A stretch of DNA of 64,000 bases, taken from contig CAWGJT010000012.1 of assembly GCA_963822965.1 (NCBI GenBank), positions 256,001-320,000 of the forward strand. The letters run 5' to 3'. Numbering within the stretch: position 1 is the stretch's first letter; every line of letters starts with the position of its first letter. Below, piece after piece: positions 29,684 through 38,694 of this stretch. Below the pieces are notes generated by a model that was not told where the DNA came from, did not search any database, and saw only the letters and a program-made list of their open reading frames with translations. Both the position numbers and the translations under genes were made by a program. The stretch comes from an uncultured delta proteobacterium. GTDB lineage: Bacteria > Myxococcota_A > UBA9160 > UBA4427.

Positions 29684-30773
29684 TAGTGATAGTCCGAGTC
29701 CCCGAAAGCCGGGCGCGCCCACTTCGAGCGCTTCAGATACAGCTGGATGTCGTACTCGTCCGTGTAGCCCACGCCGCCGTGGAGCTGGACACCGTCGATG
29801 CCGATGCGCGCGAAGGCCTCGGCGGCGTACGCCTTGGCGCGGGACACGGCGACGGAAGCATCGTCGGCCCCCTCGTCGAGACACCAGGCGGCGTAGTATA
29901 CGAGCGACTTGAACGACTCCACGTCGACGTGCATCTCGGCCAGGGGGTGCTTCACGCCCTGGAATCGGCCGATCTTCGACTCGAACTGCTCTCGTTGCTT
30001 CGCGAAGTCCACGGTGATCTGCAGCGCCGCCTCGGCCGCACCCACGATCTCGGCGGCCACCCCGGCCGCTCCCAGGTCGGTGAGCCAGCGGATGGCGCCG
30101 GCGGCCGTCCCCGGGTCGCCGAGCAGGGCGTCCCGCCCCACCCGCACGTCGTCGAGCACGAGCGCGCCGCTCCGCTTGGTGAGATCCATCATCGGGAAAT
30201 CCACCACCGAGACGCCGGGCGCGCCCTTCTCCACGACCGCGAGGGACGGTGCGCCGGGGCCGGAGCAGAACGCCACGACGAAGAGGTCGGCCTGGGCGGC
30301 GTCACTCACGATGCGTTTTCCGCCCGAGAGGATCGTGTCGTCCCCGTCCCGCTTGCCCGGAAGCGACACGGCCTCGGGCTCGAAGCTGTCGCTCTCCTCG
30401 AGCAGGGCGAACGCGCCGACCGTCGAGCCGTCCGCGAGACCGGGAAGCCAACGAGCCTGCTGCTCCGCGCTTCCGCGGCTCTCGATCGCCTTGGCGGCGA
30501 GGACCGTCGACAGCAGGGGGAGGGAAATAGCGAGCGACCCGTCTCCTCGAGCAGCACGACGAGGGTGACGAAGTCGAGGCCGACCCCGCCGAACGCGTCG
30601 GGAAGCGTCAGCCCGATCCATCCGAGCTCGCCCATACGGCTCCACAGGTTGCGGTCGAAGCCTTCAGGCGATGCCGCGATCCTGCGAACCTCCTCCAGCG
30701 GGGCGTTCTGGTCGAGGAACTTGCGCACCTCGGCGCGCAGCAGCTCCTGCTCTTCCGTGAATCCGAAGTTCAT
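29656..30773 (-). pseudogene. acyl-CoA dehydrogenase partner subunit, frameshifted as written (probably a sequencing error)
   Basis: MNFGFTEEQELLR...ETGRSLFPSP is in one frame and LLSTVLAA...QREQFESKIGRFQGVKH...QLHGGVGYT in another. Adding one base to the G5 run at 30516-30520 joins them. Confidence 0.85.
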
Positions 30774-30968
30774 GCCGGTCCTTCGCGCTGGACCCCTCCC
30801 GTGCAGGCCTTCTCGTCGCGCCGCGGGCGGGTCGCTGTGGCTGTGGCGCCGGGCGGGAGTCCGGACGCGAGCGCCGAAGATAGTGGAACTCGGCGACGCG
30901 ATCCCCGGGGATTCGACGGCCGGAAACGGCGAGATGGCGGGTTTTGCGGGCGCGCCGGGTCTGCTTTC

Positions 30969-31706
30969 ATGCCCGGCATGGACGGGCCTCGGCCGACGCA
31001 CGGCGGAACGGGAGGCGAGCCCGGGCTTCCCCCCTGGACCGAGCTGGACGCCGCCCTCGAACGACGGGGCTACGCGCTCCTCCCCGGCTTGCTAGGCGAG
31101 GCCGACTGCCGGGACCTGGCCGCCCTCGAGACCCGGGGAGAGGGGTTCCGCAAGACGATCGAGATGGCACGCCACGCCTACGGGGAGGGCCGCTACCGCT
31201 ACTTCGCCTACCCGCTTTCCCCGGTGGTGCAGGCGCTGCGCGAACGGCTCTACACGCACCTCCTGCCCCTGGCGCGCGCCTGGCGGGAGCGCCTGGGCAG
31301 CGACTGGGAGCTGCCCGACACGCTGAACGCGCTGCTCACCCGCTGCCACGAGTCCGGCCAGCGACGCCCCACCCCCCTGGTGCTGCGCTATGGCCCGGAC
31401 GGCCACAACCGCATGCACCAGGACGTATACGGGGCCATTGCCTTCCCGCTCCAGCTGACCTGCCTGCTGTCGTCGCCCGCCGACTTCGAGGGCGGAGAGT
31501 TCCTCGTCAGCGAGACCCGCCCCCGCATGCAGACGCGCACCGAAGCGATCCCGCTCGCCCGGGGCGAAGGCATCCTGTTCGCGAACACGATCCGCCCCGT
31601 ACCCGCCCGGCGCGGATTCGCGAGAGCCCAGATGAGGCACGGCGTCAGCCGCATCCGAGCCGGAGCCCGCCAGACCCTGGGCATCATCTTCCACGACGCC
31701 ACCTGA
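30969..31706 (+). CDS. 2OG-Fe(II) oxygenase (DUF2086 / prolyl-4-hydroxylase-like)
   Basis: GEGRYRYFAYPL, GQRRPTPLVLRY, HQDVYG (HxD), FEGGEFL, MRHGVS, TLGIIFHDA. Start 30969 or 30978. Confidence 0.9.
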   Translation: MPGMDGPRPTHGGTGGEPGLPPWTELDAALERRGYALLPGLLGEADCRDLAALETRGEGFRKTIEMARHAYGEGRYRYFAYPLSPVVQALRERLYTHLLPLARAWRERLGSDWELPDTLNALLTRCHESGQRRPTPLVLRYGPDGHNRMHQDVYGAIAFPLQLTCLLSSPADFEGGEFLVSETRPRMQTRTEAIPLARGEGILFANTIRPVPARRGFARAQMRHGVSRIRAGARQTLGIIFHDAT

Positions 31707-31737
31707 GCCAGCCGACCCACACGAGGGGATCACAGCG

Positions 31738-32094
31738 CTGACAAGCAACGAGGGGAGTACAGCGCTCCCGAGCCGCCTCGATCTCCATTGGGCCGCAACC
31801 CAACCGCCTGACAATCGAGGAGGGGAGTACAGCGCTCCCGAGCCGCCTCGATCTCCATTGGGCCGCAACCCAACCGCCTGACAAGCGGGGAGGGGAGTAC
31901 AGCGCTCCCGAGCCGCCTCGATCTCCATTGGGCCGCAACCCAACCGCCTGACAAGCGGGGAGGGGAGTACAGCGCTCCCGAGCCGCCTCGATCTCCATTG
32001 GGCCGCAACCCAACCGCCTGACAAGCGGGGAGGGGAGTACAGCGCTCCCGAGCCGGCTCGATCTCCATTGGGCCGCAACCCAACCGCCTGACAA
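31738..32094. repeat. tandem array of five 70-bp structured units
   Basis: Units start at 31741, 31811, 31881, 31951 and 32021. Consensus acaagcggggaggggagtacagcgctcccgagccgcctcgatctccattgggccgcaacccaaccgcctg; variation only at unit positions 5-9 plus one SNP in unit 5. Confidence 0.97.
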
Positions 32095-32124
32095 AAAAGA
32101 AGCGGGTCGGAACTTCCGACCCGC
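32093..32124 (-). terminator. rho-independent terminator of hsp20
   Basis: gcgggtcgg-aactt-ccgacccgc hairpin followed on the minus strand by TTCTTTTTT. Confidence 0.8.
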
Positions 32125-32161
32125 CCCTTGCCTCCCGTTCGGGACCGAACAACCCCCCCGG

Positions 32162-32638
32162 CTATGCGGTCTCGACGGGAATGGTACGAACCTGGGGCTC
32201 GACGTGTTCCGGCTTCGGAGCCGTCACCGTGAGCACACCGTTCTTGTAGCTGGCCTTCACGTCACCCTCGACGATCTCGCCCGGGAACCGGAAGCGGCGC
32301 TCGAAGCGGCCACGCTCGTCGATCCGGGCCGCTCCACCCTCGGACTCGCCCGCCTCGGTGAAGCGGCGCTGCCCCTGGATGTGCAGCACGCCGTCCTCGA
32401 CGGCGACCTCCAGGTCCGCGACCTCGACACCCGGGAGCTCTGCGGTCACGCGGTACTCGTTCTCGAGCTCGACGGCCTCGAAGGCCGCGCGGAAGGGACT
32501 CTCTCGCCACGCTTGCGGCGCGAACGACACCGGCGCCAGGCCGAAGCCGCTCCACAGGTCGTCCACCAGCCGATCGAAGTCGCGTCGCGCGACTCGGCGC
32601 GCGGGGTACGGCCGACGAACCAGGGTTGCCAACGTCAT
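32162..32638 (-). CDS. small heat shock protein (Hsp20/alpha-crystallin)
   Basis: YRVTAELPGV, VEDGVLHIQG, GRFERRFRFP, KASYKNGVLTVTAPK; AAGGAG RBS. Confidence 0.93.
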   Translation of the reverse strand: MTLATLVRRPYPARRVARRDFDRLVDDLWSGFGLAPVSFAPQAWRESPFRAAFEAVELENEYRVTAELPGVEVADLEVAVEDGVLHIQGQRRFTEAGESEGGAARIDERGRFERRFRFPGEIVEGDVKASYKNGVLTVTAPKPEHVEPQVRTIPVETA

Positions 32639-32759
32639 CTGTCTTCTCCTTCGCGGTTTGCGTCGACGCGAGAGAAGCTTCGCCCTGCGACTCGCTTCGT
32701 CCCCGCCCGAGGAGCATCGGTTCCACTCCCGCGGGACGGCGGCGCCTCGCGACGGCGCA

Positions 32760-32787
32760 GTTCTAGACATGCCGCGGGGGACGTCAA
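32760..32787 (-). promoter_or_regulatory. possible sigma70-type promoter for hsp20
   Basis: Minus strand TTGACG-N16-TAGAAC about 120 nt upstream of the start; imperfect match only. Confidence 0.3.
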
Positions 32788-32840
32788 CCGCATGGGCTGG
32801 ACCGACCCGGAAATCGGCCCGTGGTGGGACGGTCGGACCG

Positions 32841-34034
32841 TCAGATCACCCCGTTTCCCCGCAGGCGATCGAGATCGTCGGTCGTCAGCCCGAGGGCCCC
32901 GTAGACCGACTCGTTGTCGGCCCCCAGGTCCGGAGCCAGGGCGATCTCGCGGGGATCCGTTCCAGAGAGCTTGATCGGATTCCCGTGGAACAGGATCTCC
33001 CCGATGCGGGGGTGGGGATGGCGCTCGACCATGCCGCGGGCGAGCAGCTGCGGATCCGCGGCGAGCTCTTCGGGCGCCGCCACGCGCGCGCACGGGACGT
33101 CCGCCCCTTCGGGCCCGAGAAGCCGCAGGACCTCTTCCACGCGGTGTCCGGCGACCCAGTCGCCCACGATGGCGTTGATCTCCTCGCGGTTCCTGGACCG
33201 ATCCCGGTGGCTGCGAAAGCGCTCGTCCCGGCCCAGCTCGGGCCGACCGATGGCCTCGCACAGACGGCGGAAGAGGCGGTTGCTGGCGGTCGCCACCACC
33301 ACCCACCCGTCCTTCGCGGGGTGGGCGTCGTACGGGGCGGTGAAGGGGTGCTGGTTGCCGACCCGACCCGGCGCCGTCCCGAGCCCGTGGTGGATGGTGG
33401 CCGCCGAATCGGTGATCGCGAAGATGCAGTCCTGGTTCGAGAGATCGAGCACCCGGGCACGTCCCGTGCGCTCGCGGTCGAGCAGCGCGGAAGCGACGCC
33501 CAGCGCCAGGTAGAGGCCGCCTACGAAGTCGCCGAGCGCGCCGCCCCCGCGCATGGGCGCGCCGTCGGCCTCGCCGGTGAGCGCCATCAGACCGCCGCTG
33601 GCCTGGGCCACGATGTCGTAGGAGGCGAGCCCGGCGAGCGGACCGGTCTGACCGAACCCCGACAGCGACGCCACCACGCAGCGCGGGTTTCGGGCCTGGA
33701 TGACCTCCGCGCCCAGCCCCTGGGCGGCGAGCCAGCCGGCGCGGAAGTTCTCCGTCACCACGTCGGCGCTCTCGACGAGCCGCAGGAACAGCTCCCGGCC
33801 TTCGGGCGCGTGCAGGTCGAGGGTGATGGAGCGCTTGCCGCGATTGCAGTTCTGGAAGGAGAGCGAGGTCTCGCCCTTCTTCGACGGTCCGTAGCGAAAG
33901 TCGTCCCCGGTGCCCGGCCGCTCGACCTTGACGATCTCCGCGCCGAGATCCGCCAGGACCGCCGTCGCGAACGGCCCCGCCACCACCCGGGTGAGGTCGA
34001 GCACGCGGATGCCCTGGAGAACCCGACCGGACAC
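32841..34034 (-). CDS. CaiB/BaiF CoA-transferase
   Basis: LQGIRVLDLTRVVAGPF, NRGKRSITLDL, ENFRAG, YDIVAQASGG, GDFVGG. Confidence 0.92.
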   Translation of the reverse strand: MSGRVLQGIRVLDLTRVVAGPFATAVLADLGAEIVKVERPGTGDDFRYGPSKKGETSLSFQNCNRGKRSITLDLHAPEGRELFLRLVESADVVTENFRAGWLAAQGLGAEVIQARNPRCVVASLSGFGQTGPLAGLASYDIVAQASGGLMALTGEADGAPMRGGGALGDFVGGLYLALGVASALLDRERTGRARVLDLSNQDCIFAITDSAATIHHGLGTAPGRVGNQHPFTAPYDAHPAKDGWVVVATASNRLFRRLCEAIGRPELGRDERFRSHRDRSRNREEINAIVGDWVAGHRVEEVLRLLGPEGADVPCARVAAPEELAADPQLLARGMVERHPHPRIGEILFHGNPIKLSGTDPREIALAPDLGADNESVYGALGLTTDDLDRLRGNGVI

Positions 34035-34058
34035 GCGCGTACGCTCCCGGGGCGCCCG

Positions 34059-34418
34059 CTAGAGGCGGACGACGGCGAGGATGCCGGCCAGGCTCCCGAT
34101 CGTCGCGATTGCGTAGCAGATGGGCGCGACCACCACGTCGCGATCGGCCCCGCGGAAGTCGATCGACAGGTGGCGGATGTGATGCGCGCCCTTCCAGAGC
34201 GGCAGCACGATGAGCGCCGCCAGGACGACACGGCCCACGAGGCTCGAGGCCAGCTCGTGGGCGCGGTCGAATGCCAGCGCCTCCGGCGCCACCAGGCCCA
34301 GGGGAACGGCGATGCCCACGATCAGGATCCAGCCGGTCAGCAGCATGGTGCCGATCAACAGGCCCTGGCCGAAGAGCAGCCAGATGACGGGCTCGATGCG
34401 AAGCAGGAATTCCTTCAT
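34059..34418 (-). CDS. frdD: fumarate reductase membrane anchor subunit D
   Basis: EPVIWLLFGQG...LPLWKGAHHIRH..D matches E. coli FrdD (EPVFWGLFGAG...LPLWCGLHRMHH); operon position. Confidence 0.82.
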   Translation of the reverse strand: MKEFLLRIEPVIWLLFGQGLLIGTMLLTGWILIVGIAVPLGLVAPEALAFDRAHELASSLVGRVVLAALIVLPLWKGAHHIRHLSIDFRGADRDVVVAPICYAIATIGSLAGILAVVRL

Positions 34419-34858
34419 CAGAAGAGCCAGCCTCCCAGGATGACTGCAAACAGAACCGTCACGCCGATCCAGGCCACATAGAGCGCCGCCAGGATGACGG
34501 GCTGAGGCGGCGGCTTGAGGGGCCCGATCCGCGGCGGCTGTGCCTTGGGGAAGAAGCGGAAGAAGCGGACGCCCACGAAGATCACCGACACCAGCCCGAG
34601 CACGTGGAAGAGCACGTAGAGCGGGTTGGAGAGGCTCGCGATCGTCGCATCCCAGCGCTCCGGTCCGGCACCGAGGGCCCAGACCACCCGCAGCGCGACG
34701 AGCCCGAGCAGCAGGTAGACGATGCCGGTCGCGTCGAAGAGCAGGTACGTGCGGATGCGCGGATGCGACCACCAGCTCCCCGGCATCTGGGGCGGGGCGG
34801 TCCGGGTCTTGCCCGGCGTGGACGGGGCCATGGCATGGGGATGCGCCGGTCCGGCCAT
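34418..34858 (-). CDS. frdC: fumarate reductase membrane anchor subunit C
   Basis: MPGSWW...RTYLL...T, W...LSNP...FPKA, three TM helices; translationally coupled between frdB and frdD. Confidence 0.8.
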   Translation of the reverse strand: MAGPAHPHAMAPSTPGKTRTAPPQMPGSWWSHPRIRTYLLFDATGIVYLLLGLVALRVVWALGAGPERWDATIASLSNPLYVLFHVLGLVSVIFVGVRFFRFFPKAQPPRIGPLKPPPQPVILAALYVAWIGVTVLFAVILGGWLF

Positions 34859-35664
34859 CACCGACCTCCCTTCTGGGAAGAAGAAGCCGCGGCGCCCTTC
34901 TGGGAAGAGCCGCGGGGCAACACGAGGTTCCTCGCCCAGTCGATCACGGCCCCGAACTTCGCCTGGTTGACCGCCGCCGCGGGGTCGACGTTCTTCGGGC
35001 ACACCTCGCTGCACTCGTTGGCAAAGGAGCAGGAGAAGACCGTGCCCTCTCCGCGGAACACCTCGTTGCGCTCGTCCTCTCCGTGGTCCCGGGTGTCGAG
35101 GTTGTACCGGTGCCCCAGCGCGATGGCCGCGGGCCCCAGGAACTCGGCCTCGTTCGCCACCACGGGGCACGCCGAGTAGCAGAGCATGCAGTTGATGCAC
35201 ATGCTGAAGCGCTTGAACTCGGCCAGCTCCGCCGGGCTCTGCACGAAGGTGCCCTTGTCGCTCTTCGGCGGCCCCTGCGCGGCCTCTTCCTTGGCGCGGA
35301 TCACCCACGGCTTGACCCGCTTGAACTTCTCCATGAAGCCCTCGAGCTCCACGACGAGGTCGCGCACGATGGGGAAGTTCGCCAGGGGCTCGATGGTGAC
35401 CGTATCGCCGTAGTCCGACAGGGCCGTCTTGCAGGTCAGCTTCGGCTCGCCGTCGACCATCATGCCGCAGCTTCCGCAGACGGCCATGCGGCACGACCAG
35501 CGGTGGCTGATGGTCGGATCCACCTCGTCCTTGATGTAGTTGATGGCGTCGAGAACCTTCCAGTCCGGCTGGACGGCGATCTCGTACTCCTGGGTCTTGG
35601 GCACCTCGTCCTTGTCCGGATCGAAGCGAGTGACCACGAAGGTCTTCTTCTTCAGATCGCTCAT
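34858..35664 (-). CDS. frdB: fumarate reductase/succinate dehydrogenase iron-sulfur subunit
   Basis: RWSCRMAVCGSCG...LTC; CINCMLCYSACP; CSFANECSEVCPKNVDPAAAV. Confidence 0.93.
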   Translation of the reverse strand: MSDLKKKTFVVTRFDPDKDEVPKTQEYEIAVQPDWKVLDAINYIKDEVDPTISHRWSCRMAVCGSCGMMVDGEPKLTCKTALSDYGDTVTIEPLANFPIVRDLVVELEGFMEKFKRVKPWVIRAKEEAAQGPPKSDKGTFVQSPAELAEFKRFSMCINCMLCYSACPVVANEAEFLGPAAIALGHRYNLDTRDHGEDERNEVFRGEGTVFSCSFANECSEVCPKNVDPAAAVNQAKFGAVIDWARNLVLPRGSSQKGAAASSSQKGGR

Positions 35665-37382
35665 CAGTATTTCCGCTCCACGGGTTCCCAGTGACCGAGC
35701 TTCACGTCCTTCTTGTCCAGCCGGGGCCCGGACGGATCGTGATAGCAGAGGGTGTGATAGAGATAGTTCTGGTCGTCCCGGGTCGTGAAGTCGCGACACG
35801 TGTGGGCGCCCCGCGACTCCTTGCGGCTGCGGGCGGAGACGGCCATCGCCTCCGCGACGTCGAGCATGTTGTGCAGCTCGAGCGCGGCGATCAGCTCGGT
35901 GTTGAACACCCGGCTCTCGTCCTCGAGGCGCAGGTCGCTGACGCGTCCCTTGAGCTGCAGCAGGGTCGCGACGGTGGCCGCCATCGACTCCTGGTCGCGG
36001 AACACGCCGCAGCCCTGCTCCATGGTGACGTTCATCTCCCGGCGGATCGCCGCGATCTTCTCGCCCCCCCTCTTGCGGCCTCGCAGGGCGTCGATGCGCC
36101 CCGCCTCGTCCTGGGCCTGGGCGCGCAGGGCCTCGTCGTTGCCCGGACCGGAGCGCTTCGCGAACTCGAGAGCCTTCCAGCCCGCCTTGGCGCCGAATAC
36201 CAGGCACTCCGTGAGGGAATTCGATCCCAGGCGATTGGCGCCGTTCAGGGACACGCAGGCCACCTCGCCCGCCGCGTAGAGCCCGGGCAGCTCCGTCGCC
36301 GCGTCGATGTCCGTGTCCACGCCGCCCATCATGTAGTGGAGGACGGGACGCACCGGGATCGGCTCGTGGACCGCGTCGATTCCGACGTAGATGCGGCACA
36401 GCTCGCGGACGAACGGCAGGCGGAAGTCGATCTTCTCCTCGCCGAGGTGGGTGAGATCGAGGTAGACGTGCTCGCCGTACGGGCCCTTGACGCCCCGGCC
36501 CGCCTCGATCTCGCGGATGATCGCCCGGGAGATCATGTCCCGGGGACCCAGCTCGGCCTTCTGGCCGACGCCGTAGTCGTACTCGACCAGGAAGCGCTCC
36601 CCATTGGCGTTGCGCAGGTAGCCGCCCTCGCCGCGGGTCGCCTCGGTGATCAGGATGCCCGTCCCCGGCAGGCCCGTCGGGTGGTACTGCATGAACTCCA
36701 TGTCTTTGAGCGGGACACCCGCACGGTAGGCGAGGGACATGCCGTCGCCCGTCTTGATCATCCCGTTCGTGGTGAACGGAAAGACCTTGCCGGCCCCGCC
36801 CGTCGCGAGGATCACCGCAGCACCGAGGATGGCGTGCATCTCGCCGGTGCGGATGTCGAGGGCCGCCACGCCCCGGCACACCCCACCGTCCACCAGGAGC
36901 TTCGAGACGAAGTACTCGTCGTAGCGGACGATGTTGTCGAAGCGCATCGAGTGCTGGAAGAGCGAGTGGAGCATGTGGAAGCCGACCTTGTCGGCGGCGT
37001 ACCAGGTGCGCTTCACGGTCATGCCGCCGAAGGCGCGCGTGGCCACGCTGCCGTCGTCGTTGCGGCTCCAGGGACAGCCCCAGTTCTCGAGCAGGGCCAG
37101 CTCCTTCGGTGCCTGCTCGACGAAGTACTCGATCACGTCCTGGTCGCCCAGGAAGTCCGAGCCCTTCACCGTGTCCAGCCCGTGCATCTCGAAGTTGTCG
37201 TCCTCGCGGGCCACGCCGGCGGCGCCGCCCTCGGCGGAGACCGTGTGGCTCCGCATCGGATAGACCTTCGAGACGACGGCGATGGAGGCCTGAGGATCGG
37301 CCTCCGCGGCGGCGATCGCGGCGCGCAGCCCTGCCCCGCCCCCGCCTACGATGACGATGTCGTGTCGCGAGACCTCGACCAC
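35664..37382 (-). CDS. frdA: fumarate reductase flavoprotein subunit
   Basis: IVGGGGAGLRAA, KVYPMRSHTVSAEGG (covalent FAD His), QYHPTGL, TEATRGEGG, GANRLGSNSL, RKESRGAH. GTG start after GGAGG. Confidence 0.93.
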   Translation of the reverse strand: MVEVSRHDIVIVGGGGAGLRAAIAAAEADPQASIAVVSKVYPMRSHTVSAEGGAAGVAREDDNFEMHGLDTVKGSDFLGDQDVIEYFVEQAPKELALLENWGCPWSRNDDGSVATRAFGGMTVKRTWYAADKVGFHMLHSLFQHSMRFDNIVRYDEYFVSKLLVDGGVCRGVAALDIRTGEMHAILGAAVILATGGAGKVFPFTTNGMIKTGDGMSLAYRAGVPLKDMEFMQYHPTGLPGTGILITEATRGEGGYLRNANGERFLVEYDYGVGQKAELGPRDMISRAIIREIEAGRGVKGPYGEHVYLDLTHLGEEKIDFRLPFVRELCRIYVGIDAVHEPIPVRPVLHYMMGGVDTDIDAATELPGLYAAGEVACVSLNGANRLGSNSLTECLVFGAKAGWKALEFAKRSGPGNDEALRAQAQDEAGRIDALRGRKRGGEKIAAIRREMNVTMEQGCGVFRDQESMAATVATLLQLKGRVSDLRLEDESRVFNTELIAALELHNMLDVAEAMAVSARSRKESRGAHTCRDFTTRDDQNYLYHTLCYHDPSGPRLDKKDVKLGHWEPVERKY

Positions 37383-37585
37383 TGTGCGTCGGTCCTCCCT
37401 GCTCCGTGATGCTGCGAGCGCCGCGTGCGCCCGGGCATCCGACGTGCACCGAGACACGGCATCCGATGGCTTCGAATGGGATCCCGATTCGGGGCGCCCG
37501 TGCCCGATCCGGAGCTGGATCGGAGCCTCCTACGAGGCGTCCTTTTGTACCGGATCCCGGGGGAGTCCGAAAGCTGAGCCCGCAA

Positions 37586-38689
37586 TCAACGATCCGCCCC
37601 GGCCACGGGGGCCGTCTCCGGCGCCGGGACCTGCTGGGTGAGACAGTGGATCGTGCCCAGGCCCACGACGAGGTCCCGCGCCCCGATCGGCACGACCTCT
37701 CGACCCCCGAGGCACTCCCCGAGGATCGCCATGGCCCGCTCGTCGCTGGGAGCGCCGAAGGTGGGGACCAGCGCAACACCGTTTGCCAGGTAGAAGTTCG
37801 CATAGCTGGCGGGGCATCGGTCCCCGCCCACCACCACCGGCGGCGGCATGGGCAGGGGAACCACCTCGAGGACGCGGCCGGTGGCGTCCCGGGACGCGCG
37901 CAGCCGCCGCAGGGCCTCGGCGAGCGGCCGGTGGTTCGTGTCGGCGGCGTCGGTCTCCTGGGCACAGACCACGCGACCCGGCCCCACGAAGCGGGCGAAG
38001 TCGTCGACGTGGCCGTCGGTGTCGTCTCCGGCGATTCCGTCGCCGAGCCAGACGACCTGTCGGGCGCCGAGCATCTGCTCGAGCTCGGACTCGGCGCGCT
38101 CCCGGGTTCGGGGCGGCTCGCCGTCGGCCAGGCGATTGGCGTTCAGCAGACAGGATTCGGTCGTGAGCACGGTTCCCCGGCCGTCCCCGTCGATGGAGCC
38201 GGGCTCCAGCACGAACGGCGTCGCGAAGCGCGGCACGCCCAGCGCCTCGGCGCAGCGACGGGCGACGGCGGCATCGCGATCCCAGGGCGGGTACTTGCGG
38301 CCCCAGGCGTCGAATCCGAAGTCGACCACGGCCAGGGCGGGATCGCCCTCGCGCGTGACGAAGAGCGGGCCGTGATCGCGCACCCAGGCGTCGTCGCTCT
38401 CGATGTGAAAGAAGCGGACACCCGTGTCCGCGTCGCCGGCGAGCACGCGTCGCACGCGCTCCTCCATCGCCTCGCCGGCGACGTTGATGCGAACCTCTTC
38501 GCGGCCGGCCAGCGCCCGGACGATCTCGCGGAACGCGCCCTCCACCCGCTCGATGCGAGCCGGCCAGGTCTCGGGATTGTGGGGCCAGGTGAGCCAGGTG
38601 GCGGCGTGCGGCTCCCATTCGGCGGGCCAGCGGTAGCCCTGGGAGGCGGGCGAGGCGGAGGGCGTGCGCGACGCGCTCGGCGGCGGCAC
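37586..38689 (-). CDS. aguA: agmatine deiminase (PPAD family)
   Basis: WPAEWEPH, DAWVRDHGP, GSIDGDG, DDTDGHVD, ASYANFY, GLGTIHCLTQQ. Confidence 0.92.
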   Translation of the reverse strand: MPPPSASRTPSASPASQGYRWPAEWEPHAATWLTWPHNPETWPARIERVEGAFREIVRALAGREEVRINVAGEAMEERVRRVLAGDADTGVRFFHIESDDAWVRDHGPLFVTREGDPALAVVDFGFDAWGRKYPPWDRDAAVARRCAEALGVPRFATPFVLEPGSIDGDGRGTVLTTESCLLNANRLADGEPPRTRERAESELEQMLGARQVVWLGDGIAGDDTDGHVDDFARFVGPGRVVCAQETDAADTNHRPLAEALRRLRASRDATGRVLEVVPLPMPPPVVVGGDRCPASYANFYLANGVALVPTFGAPSDERAMAILGECLGGREVVPIGARDLVVGLGTIHCLTQQVPAPETAPVAGADR

Positions 38690-38694
38690 GCCCG

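Noticed and set aside
31741..32090. tRNA array (tRNA-sized branched units)
   Set aside because: No TTCG T-loop, D-loop GG pattern or proper anticodon arm spacing on either strand.
31738..32094. CRISPR array
   Set aside because: The variable part is only about 5 nt and is identical in three units; there are no unique spacers and no cas genes in the window.
31092..32152. Minus-strand ORFs through the 70-bp array
   Set aside because: The unit length is not a multiple of 3, so translations cycle through frames; one ORF is also antisense to the oxygenase; no protein motifs.
32639..32840. CIRCE or ROSE heat-shock element upstream of hsp20
   Set aside because: No TTAGCACTC-N9-GAGTGCTAA, and I could not identify a convincing ROSE hairpin pairing with the RBS.
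34858..37965. 1035-aa ORF ending in FrdB
   Set aside because: The upstream part is an off-frame shadow of frdA; FrdB starts at 35664, coupled to the frdA stop.
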